Positions 9,901 through 18,314 of a stretch of DNA of 64,000 nucleotides are shown piece by piece. This DNA comes from Limisphaerales bacterium (GTDB lineage: Bacteria; Verrucomicrobiota; Verrucomicrobiia; Limisphaerales; JAJOIW01): contig CBFHOE010000002.1 of the NCBI GenBank assembly GCA_965657355.1, positions 128,001-192,000 on the forward strand. Direction: 5' to 3'. A program made the position numbers and the translations under genes. The notes beneath the pieces are model-generated. The model worked only from the letters and a program-made list of their open reading frames with translations, did no database searches and was not told the origin of the DNA. Every line of letters starts with the position of its first letter. Within the stretch, counting starts at the first letter, position 1.

Positions 9901-10500
9901 TAAGCCTTTAATTTGTGAGGTATTATTGAATCCATGATTTATATAGAGCCATCCATCGAGGCCGCGGCGGAAGGCGTTATGCATTCCATGGGTATCAATA
10001 ACTTGTCCAGAGGGGCCATAGAGCACTTTACGAAGGTCGGCTTTGTTGTCACCATCAGTGTCCTCCAACCAAAGAATATTTGGAATGCTCCAAACGACAG
10101 CTCCATTTTTGTATGGGTAAAAACCGATAGGAATATTTAATTTATCTGCGAAAGTATGAATGGCATCAGCTGTGCCATCACCATCATGATCCTCGAAAAT
10201 CTTAAGGGAGTCAGAGTACTTTTCGAATTGATTTCCCTCAATTTTATATGGGTAGGCATCTGACGTCGTAGCCCACAACCTACCTCGATGGTCAAATGCC
10301 AAGTTAAGTGGTTTTGCAATTTCGGGTTCAGACGCAACCAATGAAATTGAGAAGCCTTTTGGTAATGAGAAAGTTTTTTGTTGTTCCTCGGGCTTTAGAG
10401 GATCGGTAGGCCGGATATTTGCCTGAAATGGATTTTGAGCCTGAGCAATGAATACGCTGTAAAAAAGACAAAACAAGAAAAATAAAGCCTGCAAATTCAT
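6988..10500 (-). CDS. PVC-type heme-binding CxxCH membrane-bound dehydrogenase-like protein (beta-propeller + HEAT repeats + cytochrome c)
   Basis: Signal peptide; LPKGF..LVASEP...P...AFD.RGRLW start; FRPVD..WGPDGAMYVADFY; HEAT-like helical region; C-terminal CSICH heme motif with IGPQL and SLMP. Confidence 0.88.
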   Translation of the reverse strand: MNLQALFFLFCLFYSVFIAQAQNPFQANIRPTDPLKPEEQQKTFSLPKGFSISLVASEPEIAKPLNLAFDHRGRLWATTSDAYPYKIEGNQFEKYSDSLKIFEDHDGDGTADAIHTFADKLNIPIGFYPYKNGAVVWSIPNILWLEDTDGDNKADLRKVLYGPSGQVIDTHGMHNAFRRGLDGWLYINHGFNNTSQIKGLDGSEIHLHSGNTYRVNLDGKTVQQYTWGQVNPFGSDFDKFGFLYTADCHTLPIYQLMKGAYYPSFGKPHDGLGFAPKVMQHIHGSTAISGLVLVDDPIWPQEYQENIFVGNVMTSRINRDVMRYEGSSPKAKEAIDFVVSSDPWFRPVDLRWGPDGAMYVADFYNKIIGHYEVPLDHPKRDRKRGRIWRITYNGDNESQRWNYPRLNLSKDNIHSAVSELSSHNKTRRLLSLNYLVDQHPNRAIREFNKILSNEFSPSMARPLALWGLERLGQLSDARILNAMVDKQENMRVQAFKICAERPDISQVLSRSLAQGIRDRSPMVQRVAAAALSSHPESKYLRLLLEFKSEIPQKDDHLAHRVKLSLRQIVKTLDNYQLVKELFSNQDYLAHIQELLLAIPSSKSSQFLANNISDLTVDLKDSHTLFLHLVKNLPPNDFVKLISLIPAATDDTHTQSLERMKVLVAETKARGISFNVLPDAIKSRLNQISKFSLENLTSLPLRSFRFLRDYSNPNKNIPWFVQNRSSLDGKNDEKFMSSLPNGGESFTGTLRSNEFKIPGKLSFYLAGHSGYPENKPHEKNYIQLVDSKTGRVIKKSFPPRNDLAQPYTWALREESGKTGYIEIHDGDAAGAYAWLAAGRFSDPKLEVDDLGPRQILNRMSQVIEGIKNIDSSSNDELLNNLFQRPDLPSQARLLLANLMAKKQPDQFWSALKERLEGIRRTTPGFFRELMEWASSRTNQEALDMVLDGFPILEFQWQRRCANSLVKHDKGSNLLAKVVEMGVASQFLLKEEHLWEAVAPHFTAQKKADFMEVRNQLSRSKSDSEITIPEIEKNISELPFDLVKGEELFKLHCSICHQFNNVGKLIGPQLDGIANRGRSRILEDILYPSLNLDVAFRLRMIELDTGELLTGLFKHVNGQQKVFIDIQGNEFSVDSADIVDESIIAQSLMPSSFDQILSNQDLSNLLSYLSTN

Positions 10501-10565
10501 ATGATATTGACAGGTTATCTTTTAGATGTTGTTTGTCACTATCGAAATGCCAAAACAATAGTCAT

Positions 10566-11114
10566 ATGAGTCGCAGGTATCGATTCGATTTAACCAGTGA
10601 TGATCCACGGATGAGACTGCCAGAAAAAGTCATGGTCGGCATGAAATCTGGCGAAACCGAGGCCCACGTATTATTAAAAGGAATAGGCTTTGCCATTTGC
10701 TATAGGGACAGAATGGAAATCGAAAAAAAAATACCTAGAGATGATGTTCTTTTCGTCCCAGATTTGGTGCAATTTGATTATCGACTCGAAGTAGCTTTTT
10801 GGGGTGAGTGTGGAGACTGCTCAGTAGACAAACTCAATAAGCTGGCGGTTAAAGCCCCAGAAGCAGAAATTTGGGTTTTAAAAAAATCTAAAAACGAAGC
10901 TGATGATCTATTGGTTAAAATGAGAAAAGCTGGTTTGAGAAAAGGGCGTTATAAGGTTGCCTCATTTAATGTGGACGATTTCATGGAAATCCTTCAATTA
11001 CAAAAACCCAAAAACTCGCTTTATTTATGTCAAATGGATTGGGAAATGCGCCAACTTCAAATGGAATTCAACCGGCTATGGTTTGATATACAATTAAACC
11101 TGGAAGAGCTGTAG
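10566..11114 (+). CDS. YaeQ-like protein
   Basis: Start refined to ATG 10566. ETEAHVLLK, PDL and WGECG..S.DKL segments resemble the YaeQ family pattern. Confidence 0.6.
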   Translation: MSRRYRFDLTSDDPRMRLPEKVMVGMKSGETEAHVLLKGIGFAICYRDRMEIEKKIPRDDVLFVPDLVQFDYRLEVAFWGECGDCSVDKLNKLAVKAPEAEIWVLKKSKNEADDLLVKMRKAGLRKGRYKVASFNVDDFMEILQLQKPKNSLYLCQMDWEMRQLQMEFNRLWFDIQLNLEEL

Positions 11115-11198
11115 TCATGCTCGCGAAATAAACCCAACTATGGAGTATCCTTGATTGGCGTTGAAAAAAGTGAGACGATTTACTTTTCAGGAATCATT

Positions 11199-13952
11199 AT
11201 GATAGTTGCATTACAGTTATTCAGGAAATTGATCATCTGGCAAATAGCTGTTTTTGTTCATATTCACTTACATCTCGTACCGTCAGGGCATTGTTTTGAG
11301 TTTACAGCAAAAGTTTTCCCGATCTTGAGAGAAAGTTGCATGCCTTGTCATAATAGTTATGACAAGAAAAGTGGGTTATATTTCGATAACTACCGTGGTA
11401 TCTCAGAACTGATTTCAAACCCGTCACTGGTCATTCAAAAGAAACCGGAAAACAGTAGATTGATGAGGCTGATTTCGGGAGAAGACCCAAAGGAAACCAT
11501 GCCGCCTAAAGGTCGCAGATTAAACTCAGATGAAATCAAAGCAATCTCTTCTTGGATTCACGCAGGAGGTTCAGTGCCTGAAAACTATAATTATGATTAT
11601 GAGATCCAACATTGGGCTTTCCAAGAAATAAACCATGACGATCCGGACCATCGTAGAAAATCGATCGATTATTTTATTGAAAAATCGCTAGCAAAAAAAG
11701 GGCTAGACCTTTCTCCTCCGGCAGACAAGACAACTCTACACCGAAGGTTGCATCAAGTAGTCATAGGGATGCCTCCAGGTAAAATGGAAATAAAAAGCCA
11801 CCTCGATAATACAGGTAATGAAAATTGGGAAACACTGGTTGACAAAACTTTAAACAGCTTTGGCTATGGTGAAAATATAGCGAGTCATTGGTTAGATCTT
11901 GTTAGATTCGGGGAAACCGATGGATTCGAAACAAACCGAGAAAGGCCTAATGCATGGCATTATCGAGACTGGGTCATCAACGCCTTCAATAAAGACATGC
12001 CTTATGATCAATTTGTCAGAAACCAATTAGCGGGAGATTCATTAGGCGACCCAGTCGGCACGTCTTTTTTAGTTGCAGGGCCGATAGATATCGTAAAGGG
12101 CCAAGACCCGCTTCTAGGATTAGTTCAAAGACAAAATGAATTAGACGATTTTGCCAATACCACATCCACAACATTTATCGGACTGACGCTAGGTTGCGCG
12201 AGGTGTCACGACCACAAATTTGACCCTATAAGCCAGGAAGACTATTATGCCATGCAAGCAATTTTCCAAGGTGTCAAACATGGCAACAGAGATATTTACT
12301 CAGGTCAATTTGATACCAATAAACTTAGGAGACTAGAAAATTCGCGGTCTGAAAATTTCAAAAAACTAAAAAAAATCACGAAAAACTATTTCTTACCTGC
12401 GATTAATGGAGTCAAAAATATTGAATCCTTTGAACCAATTAAAGCCGATTATGTAAGATTTGAGATCAGCGAAACAAAAGGAAGCAGCGAGCCGTGTCTA
12501 GATGAAATTGAGGTCTACTCAGGGAAAGAAAACGTTGCCCTATCGAGTCTCGGGGTGAAAGCATCTTCCTCGGGCGATTTTCAACACCCACTGCACAGAC
12601 TCCCCCACATAAATGATGGATTTCATGGGAATTCCAAAAGTTGGATAGCACATAAGGCAAGCAATGTTTGGGTACAACTCACATTTCCAAAACCTACCAT
12701 GATTTCCAAAATTATATGGTCAAGAGATAGAACCGGAAAATTCTCGGACAGATTACCAGAAAAATACAAAATAATTGCCGGTTTAAAAGATAAGAACGCA
12801 TCGATAATTGCATCTCACAAAAGAAGAGGGTATTTAAATGACAACCAACCCTTACCTGAAATCACTGAAATTCTGGAACCGCCCAATGCCTCCGAGGGAG
12901 TGGTTCTAAAAAAGCTCTATAGCGAAATTAATTCAATAGACCGAGAATTAGAGTCATTCCCTAAAAAAGTCCCAGTTTATGCCGGGCAGTTCACCTCTCC
13001 GGGGGAAACTAGATTATTATATAGGGGGGAACCTAATAAACCGAGAGGGATTGTAAAACCCGGGGTTATAAAAAACCTCGGGGCGATAGGAATTGACGGA
13101 AACTCGAGTGATAAAGAGCGCCGTTTGGAACTCGCCGATTGGATAACTGACAATTCAAACCCACTCACTGCGAGAGTTATGGTGAATAGGATTTGGCAAT
13201 TCCATTTTGGGAGGGGACTAGTCTCAACACCAAATGATTTTGGCCGTAATGGAACTCCTCCCTCACATCCAGAGTTGCTGGATTGGCTTGCTTGTGAATT
13301 TATCAAGAAAGACTGGTCTATTAAGCACATTCACAAAATCATTCTTCAATCCAAGACATGGCAACAGTCCAGCAAGCCCAGGAAAGATGGGATGAACCAA
13401 GATGCTCAAGGGCAATTTTATTGGAGATTTACTCCGAGAAGAATCCGAGCTGAAGTCTTACGAGATAGCATTTTAAAAATTTCCAGTTCCTTAAACACTA
13501 AAAGAGGTGGCCCCGGATTTAGTGCTTTTGAAGTGGAACTGGAAAATGTCAGGCACTACCACCCAAGAAAAAATTATGGCCCCAATGAATGGAGAAGGAT
13601 GGTATATATGACCAGGGTCAGACAAGAAAAGGATTCAGTATTCGGTATATTTGATTGCCCAGATGGAAGTCAAAGTGTAGCCATAAGACCAAGATCAACA
13701 ACGCCACTCCAAGCGTTAAATTTATTCAATAGTGAATTTGTCATCGAACAAGCCAATATCTATTCGAACAATTTAAAGAATCGTTACAAAAACAATGTAA
13801 AAAATCAGATTGAAGGAGCCTTTTGGGATATGTTTAGTCGCGCCCCATCTCTGGAAGAAATAGAACTTTCTATGGATCTAGTTAAAAAGGCCGGATTACA
13901 ATCACTCGCGCGGGCTCTTTTTAATTCTAATGAGTTTACATTTATATACTAA
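11199..13952 (+). CDS. PSD1 and planctomycete cytochrome c domain protein (DUF1549/DUF1553) with discoidin-like insert
   Basis: CMPCH and CARCH heme motifs; [49 protein letters not shown] and TTPLQAL. Start ATG 11199 or TTG 11151. Confidence 0.9.
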   Translation: MIVALQLFRKLIIWQIAVFVHIHLHLVPSGHCFEFTAKVFPILRESCMPCHNSYDKKSGLYFDNYRGISELISNPSLVIQKKPENSRLMRLISGEDPKETMPPKGRRLNSDEIKAISSWIHAGGSVPENYNYDYEIQHWAFQEINHDDPDHRRKSIDYFIEKSLAKKGLDLSPPADKTTLHRRLHQVVIGMPPGKMEIKSHLDNTGNENWETLVDKTLNSFGYGENIASHWLDLVRFGETDGFETNRERPNAWHYRDWVINAFNKDMPYDQFVRNQLAGDSLGDPVGTSFLVAGPIDIVKGQDPLLGLVQRQNELDDFANTTSTTFIGLTLGCARCHDHKFDPISQEDYYAMQAIFQGVKHGNRDIYSGQFDTNKLRRLENSRSENFKKLKKITKNYFLPAINGVKNIESFEPIKADYVRFEISETKGSSEPCLDEIEVYSGKENVALSSLGVKASSSGDFQHPLHRLPHINDGFHGNSKSWIAHKASNVWVQLTFPKPTMISKIIWSRDRTGKFSDRLPEKYKIIAGLKDKNASIIASHKRRGYLNDNQPLPEITEILEPPNASEGVVLKKLYSEINSIDRELESFPKKVPVYAGQFTSPGETRLLYRGEPNKPRGIVKPGVIKNLGAIGIDGNSSDKERRLELADWITDNSNPLTARVMVNRIWQFHFGRGLVSTPNDFGRNGTPPSHPELLDWLACEFIKKDWSIKHIHKIILQSKTWQQSSKPRKDGMNQDAQGQFYWRFTPRRIRAEVLRDSILKISSSLNTKRGGPGFSAFEVELENVRHYHPRKNYGPNEWRRMVYMTRVRQEKDSVFGIFDCPDGSQSVAIRPRSTTPLQALNLFNSEFVIEQANIYSNNLKNRYKNNVKNQIEGAFWDMFSRAPSLEEIELSMDLVKKAGLQSLARALFNSNEFTFIY

Positions 13953-13966
13953 ACCGATTTGTCTCC

Positions 13967-15391
13967 ATGATTACGCAAAGAACATTTCTCAGTGACCTTT
14001 CAACAGGTTTATCCAATATAGCTTTGCTCAGTCTGCTGAGTGACAACGGTGTTCTTGCGAATACAGAAAGCAGAATAAAAAAAGCGCAACAGCCGCTCAA
14101 CCAACCAAAGGCCAAGCGTGTTTTAATGATATTTTGTTCAGGGGCCTGCAGTCATATTGATACTTTTGATTACAAACCAGATCTCATAAAATATAATGGA
14201 CATCCAATGCCGGGAGCAGAGGGTTTAAAAACATTCCAAGGCGAGCAAGGGAATTTAACTCAAAGCCCTTGGGCGTTTAAACCTCGTGGCCAATCTGGGA
14301 AAATGATTTCAGATTTAATTCCTAAAATTGCCGAGCACGCGGATGATATGTGTTTTATCCATTCGCTCCATAGCAAAACAAATACGCATGGGCCAGGCGA
14401 AAACTTCATGTCGACTGGAAATATTCTCGAAGGCTATCCAAGCGTAGGGGCCTGGGTTTCATGGGCATTGGGAAGTGAAAATCATAATCTACCTGCCTAC
14501 GTCGCTATTCCAGACCCAAGGGGGACTCCGCAATCATCGGTCAATAACTGGAGCTCAGGATTTCTCCCGTCGTCATTTCAGGGAACCGATTTCAATTCAT
14601 CGAAACCGCTTCGAAATCTACATACGCCAACCAGTATAAGTCATTTCTCAGATAAGGTAACAAAAGGCTATTTAGAAAAAATTAATCGAATTCACCAATC
14701 TAAATTTGAAGGAGAATCAGAACTTGAAGCGCGGATACAAAGCTATTCATTAGCAGCAAGAATGCAGCTGAGCATTCCCAGAGCGACAGACCTTTCGAAA
14801 GAACCGGCGAGTATTTTGAAAATTTATGGAGCGGATGACCCCTCTCAAAAGCTCAAATCAGATTATGCCAAGAATTGTATACTTGCGAGAAAGTTACTTG
14901 AAGAGGGAGTCAGGTTTGTCCAACTTTTCAACGGCGCTTATCAAACTGGAGGGGAAGGTGTGAGCAATTGGGACGGGCACAAACATTTGTTCCAACAATA
15001 TAGCAAGCATGGTCCGGTTTTAGACCAACCCACGGCAGCTCTTATTTCGGATTTAAAAACCAGAGGGCTCTTGGAGGACACATTGGTTGTCTGGTGCACC
15101 GAATTTGGAAGAATGCCTACTTTTCAAAAAGGCGCGAGTGGTAGAGACCATAATCCAGATGGTTTTTCAGCAGTGCTTCTTGGGGCAGGAGTCAAAGCTC
15201 CATTTTCATACGGAGCTACAGATTCTTTTGGTTATAAAGCCGTAGAGAACCCAGTCTCTGTGTATGATCTGCATGCATCAATTTTGGCCATATTGGGCCT
15301 TGACCATGAAAAACTGACCTTTTTACATAATGGCTTTGAAAGAAAACTCACCGATGTTCATGGTCACATTATTCGAGATATTTTGTCGTAA
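13967..15391 (+). CDS. DUF1501 domain protein
   Basis: [40 protein letters not shown] and LTDVHG motifs; directly follows the PSD1 gene, the usual pairing. Confidence 0.9.
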   Translation: MITQRTFLSDLSTGLSNIALLSLLSDNGVLANTESRIKKAQQPLNQPKAKRVLMIFCSGACSHIDTFDYKPDLIKYNGHPMPGAEGLKTFQGEQGNLTQSPWAFKPRGQSGKMISDLIPKIAEHADDMCFIHSLHSKTNTHGPGENFMSTGNILEGYPSVGAWVSWALGSENHNLPAYVAIPDPRGTPQSSVNNWSSGFLPSSFQGTDFNSSKPLRNLHTPTSISHFSDKVTKGYLEKINRIHQSKFEGESELEARIQSYSLAARMQLSIPRATDLSKEPASILKIYGADDPSQKLKSDYAKNCILARKLLEEGVRFVQLFNGAYQTGGEGVSNWDGHKHLFQQYSKHGPVLDQPTAALISDLKTRGLLEDTLVVWCTEFGRMPTFQKGASGRDHNPDGFSAVLLGAGVKAPFSYGATDSFGYKAVENPVSVYDLHASILAILGLDHEKLTFLHNGFERKLTDVHGHIIRDILS

Positions 15392-15569
15392 TGGTTTTGA
15401 TTTAGTGGGAAACCCTGGATCTCGGGTTTATAAGTCTGGATATATCGGCGGAATGCGTGCATTATGCTCTACTAATTCATAGACAGGAATAGCGTAAAAA
15501 GAAACACTCTCGTTCCTGCGATGAGCTTAGATGAATCGCTTAAACGGGAAAAAATAATTATTTAATGAT

Positions 15570-16982
15570 ATGGACGTGAATGGACTTCATGCAGCTCTAT
15601 CAGCTTCGCCAGAAAACGTGCCGTTGTTGGTATTGATTGCCAGACATTACTTAGATCAATTCGATATTGAAAAGGCTACCAAGCATTTGGATGACGCCTT
15701 GAAACTTGAGCCAGAGAATACTGAGGTCCAATATCTTATGGCAAAAGGAATGAGCTTGGATGGCAAGATTTCAATGGCCATGGTCAGGCTTGAATCTATC
15801 TGCCAGACTAATCCGGAATACGCGGACGCATGGCTTTTGAGAGCGTCTTTATTAGTGACTGAGAATGATGGGCAGTCAGCTAGAGCCTGCTACGATAAAG
15901 CCATTGGAATTAATCCTGATCTTAAAAATGAAAAACTCCTCAAGGATATCATCAAAGCCGGAGGAGAATTTGGTAATAAGTCACCTGAATTAGATAAAGA
16001 TGATGCGGAAAATGAATTTGGAATGGAAAGTGGCTATTCCGAATTTGATGAAGATAGTGATGACTCTATCCCATCATTAGATGGTGTAATGGCACATGAT
16101 TTAGAAGTCGACCTTCAACTTCAAACGGAAAAATCATTCAAGGACATCGGAGGAATGGAAGATGTTAAGGAGGAGATTAAAATGAAAATAATTTACCCTC
16201 TGCAAAAGCCAGAACTATTTTCCAAATATGGAAAAACTGCTGGAGGTGGGGTGTTGCTATACGGCCCCCCGGGTTGTGGAAAAACACTTATGAGTCTGGC
16301 CACGGCGGGTGAAATAAAATCAACTTTTTTAAATGTAGGCCTGCATCAGGTATTGAACATGTATATCGGTGAAAGTGAATCAAGGCTTCACGAGATTTTT
16401 GAATTAGCAAGACGTCATAAACCATGTGTTCTCTTTTTTGATGAAATTGATGCCCTTGCGGCAGACAGAAGGGATATGAGACAATCCGGTGGCCGATTCT
16501 TGATTAATCAATTTCTGAACGAGCTTGACGGGGCCAAAGCTGAAAACGAAGGAGTCCTTATATTGGGAGCAACAAATGCACCGTGGCATGTTGATAATGC
16601 TTTCTTGAGGCCAGGAAGATTTGATCGTGTGATTTTTGTCCCTCCGCCGGATTTAAAAGCTCGGTCTGAAATTGCTAAAATTCACACAAACGAAAAACCA
16701 GTTGTTCAGTTTGATAAAAATGAATTTGCAAAAAAAACAGAAGGATTCTCTGGAGCAGATATAAGATCTGTTTTTGAAAGAGCAACGGAATCTGCATTGA
16801 TGGAAGCCATGAAAAAAGGCGGAGAGGTTGTTCCCATTACTGGCAAATCATTAATCAAAGCAACAAAATCTATTCGGCCATCAACTAAAAAGTGGTTTGA
16901 GAGCGCAAAAAATTATGCGCTCTATGCGAACCAGGATGGGCTCTACGATGATATTTTGTCTTATCTTAAAATGAATAAGTAA
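15570..16982 (+). CDS. TPR-repeat AAA+ ATPase (classical AAA clade)
   Basis: N-terminal TPR-like helices and acidic linker; DIGGM, Walker A GPPGCGKT, pore loop MYIGESE, Walker B FFDEID and SRH ATNAPW..D.AFLRPGRFD. Confidence 0.92.
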   Translation: MDVNGLHAALSASPENVPLLVLIARHYLDQFDIEKATKHLDDALKLEPENTEVQYLMAKGMSLDGKISMAMVRLESICQTNPEYADAWLLRASLLVTENDGQSARACYDKAIGINPDLKNEKLLKDIIKAGGEFGNKSPELDKDDAENEFGMESGYSEFDEDSDDSIPSLDGVMAHDLEVDLQLQTEKSFKDIGGMEDVKEEIKMKIIYPLQKPELFSKYGKTAGGGVLLYGPPGCGKTLMSLATAGEIKSTFLNVGLHQVLNMYIGESESRLHEIFELARRHKPCVLFFDEIDALAADRRDMRQSGGRFLINQFLNELDGAKAENEGVLILGATNAPWHVDNAFLRPGRFDRVIFVPPPDLKARSEIAKIHTNEKPVVQFDKNEFAKKTEGFSGADIRSVFERATESALMEAMKKGGEVVPITGKSLIKATKSIRPSTKKWFESAKNYALYANQDGLYDDILSYLKMNK

Positions 16983-17015
16983 AAACCGGCATCCAATTTA
17001 TTCAATTGAAAAAGG

Positions 17016-18260
17016 ATGGAGTCCAATCAGATAGAGCAAGCCAGGTTCCTACGTGACCGACATAGATATGAAGAGTCAGAAGCAATGCTTCTCGTGTATC
17101 TTTCGGCTTGTCCAGATAGCGCGGAGGGCCATTGTGAGCTCGCCTTGACAAGGATGAGCATGAGTGGACGTAAAAAAGATGCTCTTGAGTCAATCGAAAA
17201 GGCCATTGGACTGGCACCTGATAATGCTTGGATGCAGGCTGTAAGATCCTTTGCATTTTGTGACTTAGAAAAATTTGACAAAGCTTTGAAATCAGCTGAT
17301 GAGGCGATCGCTGCTGATGCAATGTGCGATCTAGCATGGATAGCCAAAGCACGATCACTTGGAGGAAAAGAAAGATGGAAAGAAGCAGAGGCGGCCGTAA
17401 GAAAATCACTAGAAATTGACCCAAACAACTCTCAGGCGAACAATCTCCTGTCGGTCTATCTCCGCGTGCAGGGTAAAACGCAAGAAGCGAATTTGTTTAC
17501 CGATTTGCAACTGAGTCAAGATGCGGAAGATCCATTTGCACTTTCAAATGCCGGATGGACAAGATTACATGAATCAAAATACAAGGAAGCTGAGCGGCTT
17601 TTCCTCGAAGCACTGAGATTAGATCCAGAACAAGAGTATGCAAGGCAGGGGTTACGAGAGGCCTACAAAACGCGGTCAGTTTTTTATAGATTATACCTTA
17701 AGTGGGCGTTGTTCATGCAGCGATTCGAGGGTAGAAGTCAAACCCTGATAATTATTAGTCTATTCATAGGGTATAAAGTATTCCAAAGTTACCTAAGCGA
17801 AATAAACCCCGCCTTTGCTATCACGCTGGCACTCATATATATGCTATTTATATTTTGGGTATGGTTAGCTTCTGGAGTTGGTCATTTCATCCTTCTTTTG
17901 GACAAGCGTGCTCGACTTTCCCTCAACAAGCAGGAAAAGCTAGATGGAAGTTTAGTTGGGGGGTCATTCTTGGGGGGACTAGCTTTCATGTTAATGGGAT
18001 TAATCCCATCTGTTAGTCATTTTATGGGAATGGGAGTATCCATGGTAGTTAGTGCCATTCCATTGTCACTAGTCGCTTTAAACGAAAGTAAAATTGGCGT
18101 TATCCTATTCGGATTATTTGGGGCACTTGGCATCTCTCTCGGAGCACTGACCGTGATCACATACTATACAATGGGGAAAACGACCGACTTCTTTTACATA
18201 AGCATACTTTTGGCATTTATAACGACCTGGATAGCTATGATTCCAGGATTGAGAAAATGA
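17016..18260 (+). CDS. TPR-repeat membrane protein
   Basis: Several TPR-like repeats in residues about 1-220, followed by about 6 hydrophobic helices. Lies 33 nt downstream of the AAA gene. Confidence 0.85.
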   Translation: MESNQIEQARFLRDRHRYEESEAMLLVYLSACPDSAEGHCELALTRMSMSGRKKDALESIEKAIGLAPDNAWMQAVRSFAFCDLEKFDKALKSADEAIAADAMCDLAWIAKARSLGGKERWKEAEAAVRKSLEIDPNNSQANNLLSVYLRVQGKTQEANLFTDLQLSQDAEDPFALSNAGWTRLHESKYKEAERLFLEALRLDPEQEYARQGLREAYKTRSVFYRLYLKWALFMQRFEGRSQTLIIISLFIGYKVFQSYLSEINPAFAITLALIYMLFIFWVWLASGVGHFILLLDKRARLSLNKQEKLDGSLVGGSFLGGLAFMLMGLIPSVSHFMGMGVSMVVSAIPLSLVALNESKIGVILFGLFGALGISLGALTVITYYTMGKTTDFFYISILLAFITTWIAMIPGLRK

Positions 18261-18314
18261 AAAAGCATTTATTAGGGCAACGCAAAAAGAGCCTTTAATA
18301 TCCTTTGAATTTTT

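Noticed and set aside
15392..15569. Short hairpins (AAACCC/GGGTTT; CAGGAA/TTCCTG) upstream of the AAA gene as a possible ncRNA or riboswitch
   Set aside because: The stems are only 6 bp, with no recognisable riboswitch or tRNA consensus; compatible with a weak terminator or chance.
17002..17428. Two antisense ORFs (133-140 aa) over the TPR membrane gene, and similar short antisense or alternate-frame ORFs throughout the window
   Set aside because: They lie wholly or almost wholly within well-supported genes and show no recognisable motifs; treated as shadow ORFs.
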